Shown here piece by piece: positions 63,415 to 64,000 of a stretch of DNA of 64,000 nt. The notes beneath the pieces were generated by a model, which ran no database searches, was not told the DNA's origin, and saw nothing but the letters and a program-made list of their open reading frames with translations. The translations under genes were made by a program, and so were the position numbers. The number at the start of each line of letters is the position of its first letter. Within the stretch, counting starts at the first letter, position 1. Source of the DNA: Acidobacteriota bacterium (GTDB lineage Bacteria; Acidobacteriota; UBA4820; DSQY01); contig JAJYCJ010000005.1 of the NCBI GenBank assembly GCA_021778515.1, positions 1,341-65,340 of the forward strand, written 5' to 3'.

Positions 63415-64000
63415 CTACACCTCCTGGAAAATGAAGGGCCTCAGACAGTCCATGCGCTTCTCGTAGTCCTCCGGGTTCAGGAGCCACGTGGCCGCCGCCA
63501 CGCTGGACAGGAGGGAGTTGCCATCCTGGGGCGTGTAGCAGAAGCCGGTGATCTCGGTGCCCCTGTGGACCGCCAGGGAGTGGACGGGAAGCACGGTCTG
63601 GCTGAGGATCCGCCCGAAGTGGCCGTGGTCCCTCCCGAAGGAGAAGACCATGTTGGCCGATTTCTTGTAGGTCACCGCCACCCGCCGGTTTTCATCCACG
63701 GCGGCCAGGAGCTTCTCGCGGGTGACCGGCTTCCTCACCCTGAGCTGAAACCAGATGATGTGCATGTACTGCGTGTTCAGCTTGATGGCGGAGGAGAAGA
63801 GATCCAGGTCGAGGTCGAGGGTCTTGAAGAGGTGCCAGGCGTCCCGGGCGTGGTGGGTGCCGAAATCGGGGTCCTCGTGCTTCCCAGCCTGGGGCGAGGG
63901 CACGTAGGAGGAGTCCTGGCTGATGTCGTTGGCCCTCCGCATGCAGACGAAACGTCCCTCCACCAGGTTCTGCGGGCTGTTCCCGTTGTCCATCCCCAGG
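63415..64000 (-). CDS. Type II (archaeal-type) glyceraldehyde-3-phosphate dehydrogenase-like; C-terminal part only, gene continues beyond the window end
   Basis: ..THHARDAWHLFKTLDLDLDLFSSAIKLNTQYMHIIWFQLRV..REKLLAAVDENRRV.. resembles the SHHGPD...TTLMH..H region of archaeal-type GAPDH. The listed M at 63993 is probably internal. Confidence 0.45.
   Translation of the reverse strand, partial: LGMDNGNSPQNLVEGRFVCMRRANDISQDSSYVPSPQAGKHEDPDFGTHHARDAWHLFKTLDLDLDLFSSAIKLNTQYMHIIWFQLRVRKPVTREKLLAAVDENRRVAVTYKKSANMVFSFGRDHGHFGRILSQTVLPVHSLAVHRGTEITGFCYTPQDGNSLLSSVAAATWLLNPEDYEKRMDCLRPFIFQEV

Overview
High-GC (~68%) bacterial chromosomal window, mostly housekeeping genes with several accessory or novel patches. 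Nearly all real genes were identified by reading translations; many long ORFs in the track are antisense or frame-shadow artefacts of GC-rich DNA. Recognisable core genes include lnt (runs off the window start), recG, a long-chain acyl-CoA ligase, mpl, recN, tatA and tatC, pgsA, dapF, acyP, tsaB, a thiolase, an enoyl-CoA hydratase and a LeuA-family synthase. Others are a split MacAB-like ABC efflux operon, an MMPL (HpnN-like) transporter, a sigma54 activator, a PAS histidine kinase, a GGDEF protein, cheD, and a tRNA-Arg(CCU) on the minus strand. Regions that deserve a second look: (1) three translationally coupled paralogous Zn-ribbon genes at 5336-7823; (2) an isolated pduS-pduT pair (bacterial-microcompartment cobalamin reductase plus Fe-S BMC-T shell protein) with no other BMC genes, followed by a tolB-like gene; (3) a 1903-aa secreted SBBP/PKD/alpha-beta-hydrolase protein whose nucleophile elbow reads AHDMGG; (4) two copies of a ~150-bp MITE-like element flanking a low-GC GIY-YIG gene; (5) a 1427-aa tandem cyclase-domain/AAA/TPR STAND-like protein whose C-terminal TPR part sits in a lower-GC patch, preceded by a REC-PilZ gene; (6) a ~1.1-kb mosaic of REP-like repeats around tRNA-Arg, acyP and an unannotated LptM-like lipoprotein gene; (7) a cNMP-binding/FHA protein coupled to fatty-acid-type enzymes; (8) a radical-SAM gene coupled to two tandem ~1220-aa TPR/transglutaminase-like paralogs, one of which appears to have lost the catalytic Cys.
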